From the IMG/VR virus record IMGVR_UViG_3300032770_000002, positions 124,001-188,000 of that record: a stretch of 64,000 nucleotides of DNA; one strand, 5' to 3'. The notes under the pieces were generated by a model. That model was not told where the DNA came from and ran no database searches. It saw only the letters and a list, made by a program, of their open reading frames with translations. Each line of letters opens with the position of its first letter. Within the stretch, counting starts at the first letter, position 1. Shown in pieces: positions 45,940 to 54,403 of this stretch. A program made the position numbers and the translations under genes.

Positions 45940-46413
45940 CTACGCTGGCACTTTCTTCAGGCTGATGAACCACGGTCGTTCATAGTCAATTGACTTCATG
46001 GCTCGAATGAGGCCGTCGACTGACGCCGGAAATTTGGCCTGGATGTTTCGGAACATTCCAGTCATTGACAGTGCGTCAAGTTCGTTGTGGCTTGGGCCGT
46101 AGGTTGGGTAGTCCGCGTAGCCAACTAAGCCGACCGGCAGTTTTTGGAAGTCAATGTCAAGCTTGACTTGCTCAAAGGCCCGCTCAAGCAGGAATGGCGT
46201 GATCGTGTAGACGATCGGACGCAGACCGGCGATGGCCATCCCGGCGGCAAATCCAACCATGCTCTGCTCGGCAATTCCAAACTCAATGTGCCTCCGCGGG
46301 CAGAGCGCGCGAAACGTGTCGAACATCGCTCCGCCGACGTCGCCAGTGATGAGGTGGACACGCCCGTCTTGCAGGCCTAACGCGGCAATGGATTCGGCAA
46401 ACTGTTTTCTCAT
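45940..46413 (-). CDS. transketolase-like subunit, pyrimidine-binding domain only
   Basis: LITGDVG, EFGIAEQSMVGFAAGMA..GLRP, FLLERAFEQ, GPSH; lacks the C-terminal domain. Confidence 0.88.
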   Translation of the reverse strand: MRKQFAESIAALGLQDGRVHLITGDVGGAMFDTFRALCPRRHIEFGIAEQSMVGFAAGMAIAGLRPIVYTITPFLLERAFEQVKLDIDFQKLPVGLVGYADYPTYGPSHNELDALSMTGMFRNIQAKFPASVDGLIRAMKSIDYERPWFISLKKVPA

Positions 46414-47045
46414 AGTTCGGACATGATCGATTGAAATTCAGGGTCGGTTAGGAAGTGAACGTGCCAGTCAGGGTGGGCTTCGAAAAGCTTGACACCGAAG
46501 CCCTTCTGGCGTCCGTATGTCTTGATTGGGAACACTTGGTTCATGAGCTTAGTGATTGACGGATCGAGACACCGGCACGAGCCCTGCCACCCGTTGTCGT
46601 CGACGTGAACGGTGAGATTATCGAGGTTGTATCGGCGGGCGACGTTCAAACTTTCCCACGTCGTTCCCTCAAGGCACTCGCCATCGCCAAGCAGGACGTG
46701 GACGTGGCCAGGGGCGTGGATAAACTTCTTGGCGTAGGCGATCCCGACGGCCGTTGGAAGGCCGTGTCCAAGGCTGCCTGTTGTTGACGGAATGCCATTG
46801 GCCGGGTCAATGTCAGGGTGGACCTTCATGACGTTAGGGTGAAAGCCGTGGCTCTCCAAGACCGCAAACCACGCGACACACGCGTGACCCTTGCTAAGGA
46901 TGAAGACGTCATTCTTGTGGTCGAATTGCTTGTAGATGTCCACGATGACCGGAAGTGCGCTCAGGCTGCTGGCGATGTGGCCGTGTGAGTTGATGTCACG
47001 GTGGGACCTGGCTATTTCAATGACGCGGCGAATGAGTTCTTTCAT
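46410..47045 (-). CDS. transketolase-like subunit, TPP-binding domain
   Basis: GHIASSLS, FILSKGHA, TGSLGHGL, LGDGECLEG..WES...VDDNGWQ. Confidence 0.9.
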   Translation of the reverse strand: MKELIRRVIEIARSHRDINSHGHIASSLSALPVIVDIYKQFDHKNDVFILSKGHACVAWFAVLESHGFHPNVMKVHPDIDPANGIPSTTGSLGHGLPTAVGIAYAKKFIHAPGHVHVLLGDGECLEGTTWESLNVARRYNLDNLTVHVDDNGWQGSCRCLDPSITKLMNQVFPIKTYGRQKGFGVKLFEAHPDWHVHFLTDPEFQSIMSEL

Positions 47046-47047
47046 AC

Positions 47048-47719
47048 ATGTTTAGCAAAGAAGAAGTCATCTCGAGCTTGACCACTCCACGTCAAGCTCT
47101 GCTTAACCCGGCTCGGTGGAACCAATTCCTCTCGATGGGCCTGCCGATTAAGGACAAGACGATTTTTGAGCCAGGCGCTGGCATCGGCGACCAGACTGAT
47201 TGGCTGTTGAAGCAGGGCGTGAAACACGTCACGGTCCACGACGGCCGGCCGGAGTCGTTGAAGGTGATTCAAGACCGTTTCGGCTCTGACCCTCGGCTCA
47301 GTTACGTGTGCGGTAACTTGGAGAACGGCCTGACTGAAGCGCAGTTCAACTTCACCGTTGACTTCATCTACTGCTATGGCGTCTACTATCATCTCAACGA
47401 GTCAATGCAGAATTGGAACATCATGAAAGGCCTCGCCAAGATGGGACCAACCATGGCCTTTGACTACCTTGAAAGTCACCGTGGTGACGACTACACGTAT
47501 TCATACGGGTATGAAGTTCCAAGCACGTCAATGAGCCGGTTTGCGCTGCGTCCGACTCGCGCGACTTTAATCAAGGCTGTCAGGGACATCTGGGGCTTTG
47601 CCTACTTGCCAAAGAACCAGCTTCAGTGGAATGACCCTTACGACGGGACGGAGCGGCGCTTTGTCATGGTCGCTTCTCATGTTCCATTGGACGGCGCTAA
47701 CCTTGAGCTTCAGACCTGA
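47048..47719 (+). CDS. class I SAM-dependent methyltransferase
   Basis: IFEPGAGIGD motif I; DFIYCYGVYYH. Confidence 0.82.
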   Translation: MFSKEEVISSLTTPRQALLNPARWNQFLSMGLPIKDKTIFEPGAGIGDQTDWLLKQGVKHVTVHDGRPESLKVIQDRFGSDPRLSYVCGNLENGLTEAQFNFTVDFIYCYGVYYHLNESMQNWNIMKGLAKMGPTMAFDYLESHRGDDYTYSYGYEVPSTSMSRFALRPTRATLIKAVRDIWGFAYLPKNQLQWNDPYDGTERRFVMVASHVPLDGANLELQT

Positions 47720-48092
47720 CAGAGTCTGTTAGGGCTTTAGACACCTTCTGGCGTAGAATCAACGTGAGCAGGTGTTGGGCCGCGTCGCCTAGTTCTGGGT
47801 CATTTTTAATGTTGTGGAGCCATGTTGTGCAAAGGGTCTTGGCCGTTTCAGGGCCAAACGAGTCAATAAATTCATTGTCTTTCAAAAAGAAGACAATGAT
47901 ACCCTGTGGCAGCTTTCCTTTCAAAACTCGATGAATAGCTTGGTATATGTGCATCCGCCTTTGGGCGCCTTTAACGCGAATGACGAGAAGAGACCCTGGC
48001 TTTAATTCGCGGACGTCACCCACAAGCTCACACGAGATCAGGGTAGACAACCACAAGCCAAAGACGCGTAGAAAGTAAAATTTTTTAATCAT
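47697..48092 (-). CDS. hypothetical protein
   Basis: AT-richer ORF from ATG 48092. Confidence 0.5.
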   Translation of the reverse strand: MIKKFYFLRVFGLWLSTLISCELVGDVRELKPGSLLVIRVKGAQRRMHIYQAIHRVLKGKLPQGIIVFFLKDNEFIDSFGPETAKTLCTTWLHNIKNDPELGDAAQHLLTLILRQKVSKALTDSVRSEAQG

Positions 48093-48849
48093 TGAGGTTG
48101 TTGAGTTCACGCTCGAGTTGATCGACGCCATTGACGAGAACCACGCGGTCGTCAAAGTTCACGAGGTCGTGGCTGTAGTTGACCCACCGCTTGACGTGTG
48201 GAAAAGCGAGCTCATTGAACGTGGCCAGGAATGGGGCGTTGGCCACGCCAACCACGAACTTGCACCGCGACGCCAGTTCACCGATTTGGTTGAGTTTCAA
48301 CCCGAGTTGAGTCGTCACGGGGATGCGGTCATCGCCGCAAGGGTGAGTGGCCACAAGTTTAAACTTTCCAGCAAAGCGGCGAACCAGCTCGTCAACTAGG
48401 CCCTGTGAAAACCCATGGCACTGCCCGCTCAATGGCGTGGAGTTGACGAAGAGCATGTCAAATGACTGGCCGCTGAGAGGGTGATTCGGGTCCATTGACT
48501 CGGCTGGAAACAACATCTCCTTGTGGCTCGGCGTGGCCCACGAAAGCCCTAACAACTTGGCGATGTAGCCGTGAAACTCAATGAGAAAGTCGAGGAACTT
48601 GCTCGGGTTGCGGCGCGTCTGATACCAGTTATCACGGCCTATCCACCCATCAAAAGACCCGTCGACGTGCTTGTCAGTAATGATTAGGTTTGGCAACTTT
48701 CTGGCCATTCCACGAACCTGGTCGACATACTCCGGACGCACTGAAAAGACGAACTCGTCCGTAGTTCGTTTGGCCGCAATGTTGAGGAACATTAACATGA
48801 ACAACTGGTCACCGCAATGAAATGACGAAAAGACGTTCTTTGTTGACAT
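48085..48849 (-). CDS. glycosyltransferase-like protein (GT-B / heptosyltransferase-like)
   Basis: HCGDQLFM N-motif; LNQIGELASRCKFVVGVANAP resembles the GT9 'L.E..ALI..A..VVG.DTGP' motif; glycan-cluster context. Confidence 0.5.
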   Translation of the reverse strand: MSTKNVFSSFHCGDQLFMLMFLNIAAKRTTDEFVFSVRPEYVDQVRGMARKLPNLIITDKHVDGSFDGWIGRDNWYQTRRNPSKFLDFLIEFHGYIAKLLGLSWATPSHKEMLFPAESMDPNHPLSGQSFDMLFVNSTPLSGQCHGFSQGLVDELVRRFAGKFKLVATHPCGDDRIPVTTQLGLKLNQIGELASRCKFVVGVANAPFLATFNELAFPHVKRWVNYSHDLVNFDDRVVLVNGVDQLERELNNLND

Positions 48850-49590
48850 ATGATCGTGATGACTACTCTGTTCCGATTAACCGGAGAACTAGCGAGTGAT
48901 CGATTGAAGGAATTTCGGTATTGCATCGAGAAAAATGCTGACAACCCGATTGTCGAAAAGCTTCACGTCCTGTGGGAGCGGAAAGATCCTATCAAGTCTC
49001 GCGATCCGAAGCTGAAGGTGCGGGAGCATTACTTCGGTGATCCATTCCCGTTCGATGACGACCATCTATTTTTGAATCATCCTAAGATCACCGTTCATAT
49101 CTGTGATGGTCGGCCGATGTATAGCGACTTTATTCGTGTGGCCAGGGACGAGCACCTTGAAGGAAAGGTCATTGCAATTTGCAACACAGACATTTGGACT
49201 GACGAGACCTTAGCCCTGGCCGAGAACATCCAGACTGACACGATTTACGCCATCACGCGCCACAACTGGGACCCTGGAAAAAAGGAGTCCACTGGGTTGC
49301 AAGGTGACGGGCTGCACGGGTCACAGGACACGTGGATCTTTCGCCACCCGCTCAGGCCATTCCAGAATGAGATCTACATGGGCGTTCTTGGGTGTGATTC
49401 ATATTTTGCCCAGAAAGCCATCGAGATGGGCATCACGGTCATCAACCCGTGCCGCCAGATCAAGACGTATCACCTGCACACGATCGGGTGGCGAAACAAC
49501 ACTCCAGGCGGAAAAAGCTACTGGGATTCACCCGATTACATGGCTGTCTGTATTCAACCGAGTGACATTAATGCGCCGCCGGCGCCCTAA
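48850..49590 (+). CDS. glycosyltransferase-like protein (GT-A-like)
   Basis: RPMYSDF, IAICNTDIW, YAITRH, SQDTWIF, MGVLGCDS; cluster context. Confidence 0.5.
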   Translation: MIVMTTLFRLTGELASDRLKEFRYCIEKNADNPIVEKLHVLWERKDPIKSRDPKLKVREHYFGDPFPFDDDHLFLNHPKITVHICDGRPMYSDFIRVARDEHLEGKVIAICNTDIWTDETLALAENIQTDTIYAITRHNWDPGKKESTGLQGDGLHGSQDTWIFRHPLRPFQNEIYMGVLGCDSYFAQKAIEMGITVINPCRQIKTYHLHTIGWRNNTPGGKSYWDSPDYMAVCIQPSDINAPPAP

Positions 49591-49606
49591 AAATTTTTCC
49601 ACTTTT

Positions 49607-49637
49607 TTGTTTACAAATGTCAGAAGAGCGGTATATT
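49607..49637 (+). promoter_or_regulatory. putative early sigma70-type promoter
   Basis: TTTACA, 16 bp, TATATT. Confidence 0.7.
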
Positions 49638-49682
49638 AGGGATGTAAGTTAAAACTTAACACGACCAAAGAAAGATAATCAT

Positions 49683-50387
49683 ATGGCACTCAAAGACATT
49701 TCAGTCAAAACTCCCAAGGCCAAAGCCGGCAAGTCCGAAATGCCCGTCGTCGAGATCAACGCGATGACCACGGTGACCGACGCTGAAGGCGTTGCCAAAC
49801 AAGTTCCGCTGATCACCGAGTTCAACAAGGCCAAACTGGCCATGAAGGACGCCGAAGCCAAGGTCAAGGAGATGGAGCCGGAAGTCAAAAAGCTTGGCGT
49901 GCTGGAGTGGATCAAAGCCAACGTTGACAAAGGCCCGGGTGAACCGCTCTCGAGCGTCAAGCTTATCGACCCCAATGGCAGCGAGCTGCGCCTGACCGGT
50001 CAAGACCGCTATCCGCTGGCCGACGCCGAGCCCGTCGACGTTCTCTTCACCGAGACCCTCCACGAGGACATCAACCAGTATGTTCAGTTCACGCTCAAGG
50101 CCGCGTTCAACAGCAAGGTGTTCCTCGACGCCGACGGCGACTTCCAGGAGGAGATTTATGAGCAGTTCAACCAGGCGTGCGCCGCCGTGGCCAAGAAGCT
50201 TGGCGTCGCCAACCCGCTGTCCGCGACCAAGGTCCTCCAGCCGAAGCCTCAGTTCCACAAGGAACGCTGGGTCAACTTCAACGTCGTGCAGAACCGCCAG
50301 CTCTTTGACGTGCTGCCGAACGTCGTGACCATGACGCCGCTCGTGACCAACGACAAGCCCGCAGTTAAAGCTGAGTCAGCTGCGTAA
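49683..50387 (+). CDS. hypothetical protein, probably highly expressed
   Basis: Own promoter and terminator; strong C-ending codon bias. Confidence 0.85.
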   Translation: MALKDISVKTPKAKAGKSEMPVVEINAMTTVTDAEGVAKQVPLITEFNKAKLAMKDAEAKVKEMEPEVKKLGVLEWIKANVDKGPGEPLSSVKLIDPNGSELRLTGQDRYPLADAEPVDVLFTETLHEDINQYVQFTLKAAFNSKVFLDADGDFQEEIYEQFNQACAAVAKKLGVANPLSATKVLQPKPQFHKERWVNFNVVQNRQLFDVLPNVVTMTPLVTNDKPAVKAESAA

Positions 50388-50432
50388 CAATTTTGCTGGT
50401 GTGGTCGTGTCATCGTAAAGCATCAGCAACTA

Positions 50433-50470
50433 GGTGGCCGGGATTGTCTTCCCGGCCACCGCTCTTTTTA
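50433..50470 (+). terminator. rho-independent terminator
   Basis: GGTGGCCGGGA-TTGTCT-TCCCGGCCACC 11-bp stem followed by GCTCTTTTT. Confidence 0.85.
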
Positions 50471-50778
50471 TGACTCGATTTGAAAAAGAAATCATGACTC
50501 GCTACAGCGATCACCCGTTGGCCATGGCTCGACAACTTTACGAGCGTGACAATGAAATTTACGAGCGTGACCATGAAATCAAAAGGTTAAAGGCCGATCT
50601 AATCCACCTGACTGTCTGCGTGAGGCGTGCTCACGAAGCTTTGGACCGGGTGATGAACGGACCGCCAACCGTCGAGAGGGGTAGAAAGATTGCCAAAATC
50701 ACCAACTACCTCGAAGACTGCAATTCCATGTTCGGCTTCAAGAAGCCAGTGAAAAAATCAGCGAAGTCGAAGACATGA
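50470..50778 (+). CDS. hypothetical protein
   Basis: ATG 50470 (track start 50434 lies inside the terminator). Confidence 0.6.
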   Translation: MTRFEKEIMTRYSDHPLAMARQLYERDNEIYERDHEIKRLKADLIHLTVCVRRAHEALDRVMNGPPTVERGRKIAKITNYLEDCNSMFGFKKPVKKSAKSKT

Positions 50779-51278
50779 GCGAACAACTTCAACGATCGGA
50801 ACGCTTGACCCTCGACGAGATTGACGACCTTGAGAAGGGTCTCGAAGGGCTCAAGACGTGGATGGACACCCTTGGATTTGGCGTCATCGCTGAGACCCCG
50901 CGCACCATCACATTCAGTCCGCGCATGCGGTCGGCTTTGGCTCGCAGCGGAAACCTGATCATGGACATGTCCATCATGGAGACGAGGTTCATCCAGCAGT
51001 GCGGCGCCACGACGGTCAAGGCGAAGGACCACGTCCAGGAGGAATTTTGCCTGCTTGTCACGTTGAACAACGAGCGTGAGACGATGGTCCAACTGTATGG
51101 CGTGATGAACGGCCAGGAGGTCTTCAACAACTTCAAGGGCTTCGTCCACGACGTCGTCACGAACCGGCTGGCCATGCCACAGCCGATCAAAGAAGAGCTG
51201 TCCAGGACGTTTCTGGAAGGCCTGCAGGTGCTCAAGAAAGACCCTGTGAAGCTTCTTCAATTTGGCGTTACGCCATGA
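50775..51278 (+). CDS. hypothetical protein
   Basis: 167 aa, ATGA-coupled. Confidence 0.75.
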   Translation: MSEQLQRSERLTLDEIDDLEKGLEGLKTWMDTLGFGVIAETPRTITFSPRMRSALARSGNLIMDMSIMETRFIQQCGATTVKAKDHVQEEFCLLVTLNNERETMVQLYGVMNGQEVFNNFKGFVHDVVTNRLAMPQPIKEELSRTFLEGLQVLKKDPVKLLQFGVTP

Positions 51279-51901
51279 AATGGACGCATTGCAAATATGA
51301 CGGTGCAAGGCTGAGGAAAGATGCGGACAATACTGTCCAACGAAAAACTGTCAGTGGCACCATGGTCTTCCGACGTCAGAAGATGATGGGCCTCCACGTC
51401 ATCGAAAATTCCATCGTGTTCCTATGGGTGATGTCAACCGCTCGACGAGTCATTGACCAAGTTGCTGAGTCTGACGACCTCAGTCAGGCCATTCGTCAGC
51501 GTGAACACTTGATCCTGTGCATGCGCGACCCAGCATTTGTCGCGCGGAGTGAAAATCCTCGGAAAGCCATTACTGGAGACATTCTCAAGATCACACGGAG
51601 AATGAAGCACCCGCCTGGTTCAACAGTCCACATCATGCAATTGACCAGGGACGCCGAGGACATTGATCGGCCGTGGGACCGCGGCACGCGAACGGTTCGT
51701 GCAACTCAGTTTCAAGGAATTCCACCGCAGGACAGTAAGACGTGGGGTCGTCCAACTTATGGTCATTCCGTTGATTATTGGAACTATGAACCACACGAGT
51801 GGGGCACCCAGGAAGTCGAACTGGTCGGGCACGGAAAACGTCATGAGCTGGGACGGCTATGGACGCCACGGCCTGGAAATCCTGGCTACGATTTGGGCTA
51901 G
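51275..51901 (+). CDS. hypothetical protein with internal MSTARRVIDQ leader (possible start 51431)
   Basis: 208-aa ORF; in-frame ATG at 51431. Confidence 0.6.
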   Translation: MKWTHCKYDGARLRKDADNTVQRKTVSGTMVFRRQKMMGLHVIENSIVFLWVMSTARRVIDQVAESDDLSQAIRQREHLILCMRDPAFVARSENPRKAITGDILKITRRMKHPPGSTVHIMQLTRDAEDIDRPWDRGTRTVRATQFQGIPPQDSKTWGRPTYGHSVDYWNYEPHEWGTQEVELVGHGKRHELGRLWTPRPGNPGYDLG

Positions 51902-51908
51902 TTAGCAT

Positions 51909-52328
51909 ATGCCGAGTTTAGCTCGAGTCGTCATCAACATTTTCGAGGCATGTTACTGCCAAGCCTCTGGCGAGGAGGTCGTCAACTACCTGCTTGACAT
52001 TGGCACGTCACATGGCGGATTTTTGCCAAAAACCTTGCGTGACATCGCCGGCCGTGACTTTGAGTTGACGTCAGTTCCCATTGACGACCTGCTCAGGTCC
52101 GATGACAAGTTCGCTGAATTTTATCGCAAGACCAAGCGGCCAGACCCAAACAAACCTTACCAGCCGCGTGATTTAAGGCAGACCGACAAGGGTGAGCCGG
52201 TGGAGGCTGAGGACTTGATTGACTCGCCAGTCGTTGTCATTGATGGGAAGCTCCGTGACGGGTGGCACAGAACGGCCGGAAAATTGGACAGGGGTGACAA
52301 GAAGGTCTTGGCATACGTAGCAAAATGA
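51909..52328 (+). CDS. ParB/sulfiredoxin-like domain protein
   Basis: SPVVVIDGKLRDGWHR...KKVLAYV; preceded by CTAGTTAG at 51898-51905. Confidence 0.55.
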   Translation: MPSLARVVINIFEACYCQASGEEVVNYLLDIGTSHGGFLPKTLRDIAGRDFELTSVPIDDLLRSDDKFAEFYRKTKRPDPNKPYQPRDLRQTDKGEPVEAEDLIDSPVVVIDGKLRDGWHRTAGKLDRGDKKVLAYVAK

Positions 52329-52921
52329 AAGCACGCGACATCATCGATTCGGTCACACCAGAGCGGGCGTGTGTTCAGTGCGAAATTGAACACGGCATTT
52401 ACGACAAGTCAGACCCTAACAAGTCACATGGCTCGTGCCGGCGTCACCTTGAACAGTGGGCAAGGGAACAAGGATTGACTGACGCCCAAGTTGATGAGAT
52501 CATGCGTGAGACCAAGTCTTACCCACCGGACTTGGGGCCAGTTCGTGAAGCCTTAGAAAGGGCTTGTTCGCAGTGCGAAAAGGACCACGGGATTCGAAGC
52601 CACGGTAAAAGCCACGGGCTCTGCAAGCGGCATACCATTGAGTGGGCCAGGGAAGGCGGAGTCTCCGAACCTGAGATTGAGGCCATCGTTCGTGAAGTTG
52701 ACGCTGGTAGTGGCTTTCCAGAGGACCTTGGGCCAGTCAAGAAGGATGAGGACCTTGAAAAACAGTGCCTCTACTGTGGGCGGCTATTTGACCCGCAGTC
52801 AAACCAGTGGGTCGACGCAAAACCTAGGGACCCGAATAACGTCAGTCACGGCTACTGCCCTGATTGTTTGGAGAAGTCCAAGCAACAGGTTCGGTCTATG
52901 TTTGGAACGGAGCGCCGTTGA
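52325..52921 (+). CDS. protein with three CxxC...SHGxC zinc-binding repeats
   Basis: CVQC..SHGSCRRH, CSQC..SHGLCKRH, CLYC..SHGYCPDC. Confidence 0.8.
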   Translation: MKARDIIDSVTPERACVQCEIEHGIYDKSDPNKSHGSCRRHLEQWAREQGLTDAQVDEIMRETKSYPPDLGPVREALERACSQCEKDHGIRSHGKSHGLCKRHTIEWAREGGVSEPEIEAIVREVDAGSGFPEDLGPVKKDEDLEKQCLYCGRLFDPQSNQWVDAKPRDPNNVSHGYCPDCLEKSKQQVRSMFGTERR

Positions 52922-53424
52922 ACGCCCGCAATCTTATCGACCGGTTGGTTGAAACGTCTGACTTGACGTTTGTCCCGATGGACGCTGACGAGATCCGGCA
53001 GGTTCAGTCTATTGCCGCTGGACAGCTGGCCAACGTGGACAATCTTTACTTCATTAACCAGGACATTACTGATTATCACAGCCTTAACATCGACATCCCG
53101 CAGGAGTATTTGCGCAAGAAGGTTGGACACGGCCTTGAATCGGGTGACGTTCACGGCGAGTTTTACGGATTCGGTCGAATGGCCTTCACACCTTCATCTC
53201 TTTTACGGTCTGAAATTGGAAGAGTTCCAGTTGTCTCTGGCTTGCACGTCATGGTGTTAAAGAGCAGCCAAGGGTGGGTTATTGGAACCACTCGCGGAGG
53301 GTCATACGGTGGCATAACTTTTTACAAGGACCACCCGATGCATGACCTCAACGCGGCCATCCAGAAGTTCATTGCCACGCTGGAAGTCATTGCAAATGGA
53401 CAAAATTCCCGGTTTGACAGCTGA
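52918..53424 (+). CDS. hypothetical protein with NARNLID leader
   Basis: TTG 52918 overlapping the upstream stop. Confidence 0.65.
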   Translation: MNARNLIDRLVETSDLTFVPMDADEIRQVQSIAAGQLANVDNLYFINQDITDYHSLNIDIPQEYLRKKVGHGLESGDVHGEFYGFGRMAFTPSSLLRSEIGRVPVVSGLHVMVLKSSQGWVIGTTRGGSYGGITFYKDHPMHDLNAAIQKFIATLEVIANGQNSRFDS

Positions 53425-54379
53425 CGAACATGTCTAGCCGCTTGGCGTAGGGCGTCAGTCTATGGAAGTCGACCCACTCCAGAAAGTTGTCCAGGTCATT
53501 CTGGTCCAAGTTGGTCAGCCCGAGATAGTCAAGGAACGTGAACATCAGCCCGTCTGGGCGCGCAAGCTGAAGGCTGCGCATAAATTCACCCGTTGAAAAT
53601 TCAAAGACGCGGCGCACGCGCTTCGTCACGGTTGTGATTTCGGGCTTTACGCCCAATGACGCCCACGTCAGCTCCTTTCCAGCACACGGCCCAGACGGCC
53701 CGCCAGTCCGTATCGGATATGTCCTAAAGACGCCATAGTAGCTCCAGTCAAGTCCACCAAGCCCATTGCGCTCAACTGCAACCCTCGGCAGCGTTGAGCG
53801 TGACGTGACGTGTGGAAAGAGCCCAAAATTCGTGTCGAGCAACAGGCCTTGTGAGCACTCAAAGATGGCCAAGTTGGAACTGATGTGCGAGATCAGGTTG
53901 AAGTAGGCCTCGTTGTCAACGACGACGATGTCCTGGTTGAGTGAGAAGAAGTCATGTTCAATGACTGACTCAACACGGCGGTGGATAAACTTCCCTGCCC
54001 GGGCCATCCCTGTCCCTGACCCAGTTGACGAAATTCGCCTTACCAGGTCGGATTCGTCGGCCTTCATCTCAGGCATTAAGACGGCCGCGTGCTCGTGGAT
54101 GTAAATCGGCTTTTTGACGGCGCGCCAGTCTCGTTGAAGAAGTTCGAGTTCGATGACTGAGTCTGGGCCCATCAAGATCGAGTCGGCCCAAAAGCTTGAA
54201 GCCGGGATGGAGCGCGTTGACCCTTGGGTGCTCGTGTGTCCGGAGTTCGGGCCGTTTTCACCAATGACGGTCAAGTGGAGTCCCGGGTATTCAGCCCTCA
54301 GTTTCTTGGCCAAAAATTCAGCCGCTGAGGCTTTTCCTTCACTGCCATATTGCCCGCCAAAGACAACGACGTGACGCAT
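53387..54379 (-). CDS. purZ: adenylosuccinate synthetase homologue, PurZ0-like (2-aminoadenine pathway)
   Basis: GGQYGSEGK (Ser where PurA has catalytic Asp13), PNSGHT, SSTGSG, ECSQG, YPIRTGGPSG, ELTW..LG..PEITTVTKRVRRV, TFLDY. Confidence 0.75.
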   Translation of the reverse strand: MRHVVVFGGQYGSEGKASAAEFLAKKLRAEYPGLHLTVIGENGPNSGHTSTQGSTRSIPASSFWADSILMGPDSVIELELLQRDWRAVKKPIYIHEHAAVLMPEMKADESDLVRRISSTGSGTGMARAGKFIHRRVESVIEHDFFSLNQDIVVVDNEAYFNLISHISSNLAIFECSQGLLLDTNFGLFPHVTSRSTLPRVAVERNGLGGLDWSYYGVFRTYPIRTGGPSGPCAGKELTWASLGVKPEITTVTKRVRRVFEFSTGEFMRSLQLARPDGLMFTFLDYLGLTNLDQNDLDNFLEWVDFHRLTPYAKRLDMFVSCQTGNFVHLQ

Positions 54380-54403
54380 GAGCTGAAGAACGTTCTATCG
54401 ACC

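Noticed and set aside
45940-47045. Pentose-phosphate transketolase as a carbon-metabolism AMG
   Set aside because: Split, lacking the C-terminal domain, and embedded among glycan genes with no other pentose-phosphate genes.
53387-54379. Ordinary purA auxiliary metabolic gene
   Set aside because: The catalytic Asp13 position is Ser and the TRV motif is PIRT, both PurZ-type substitutions.
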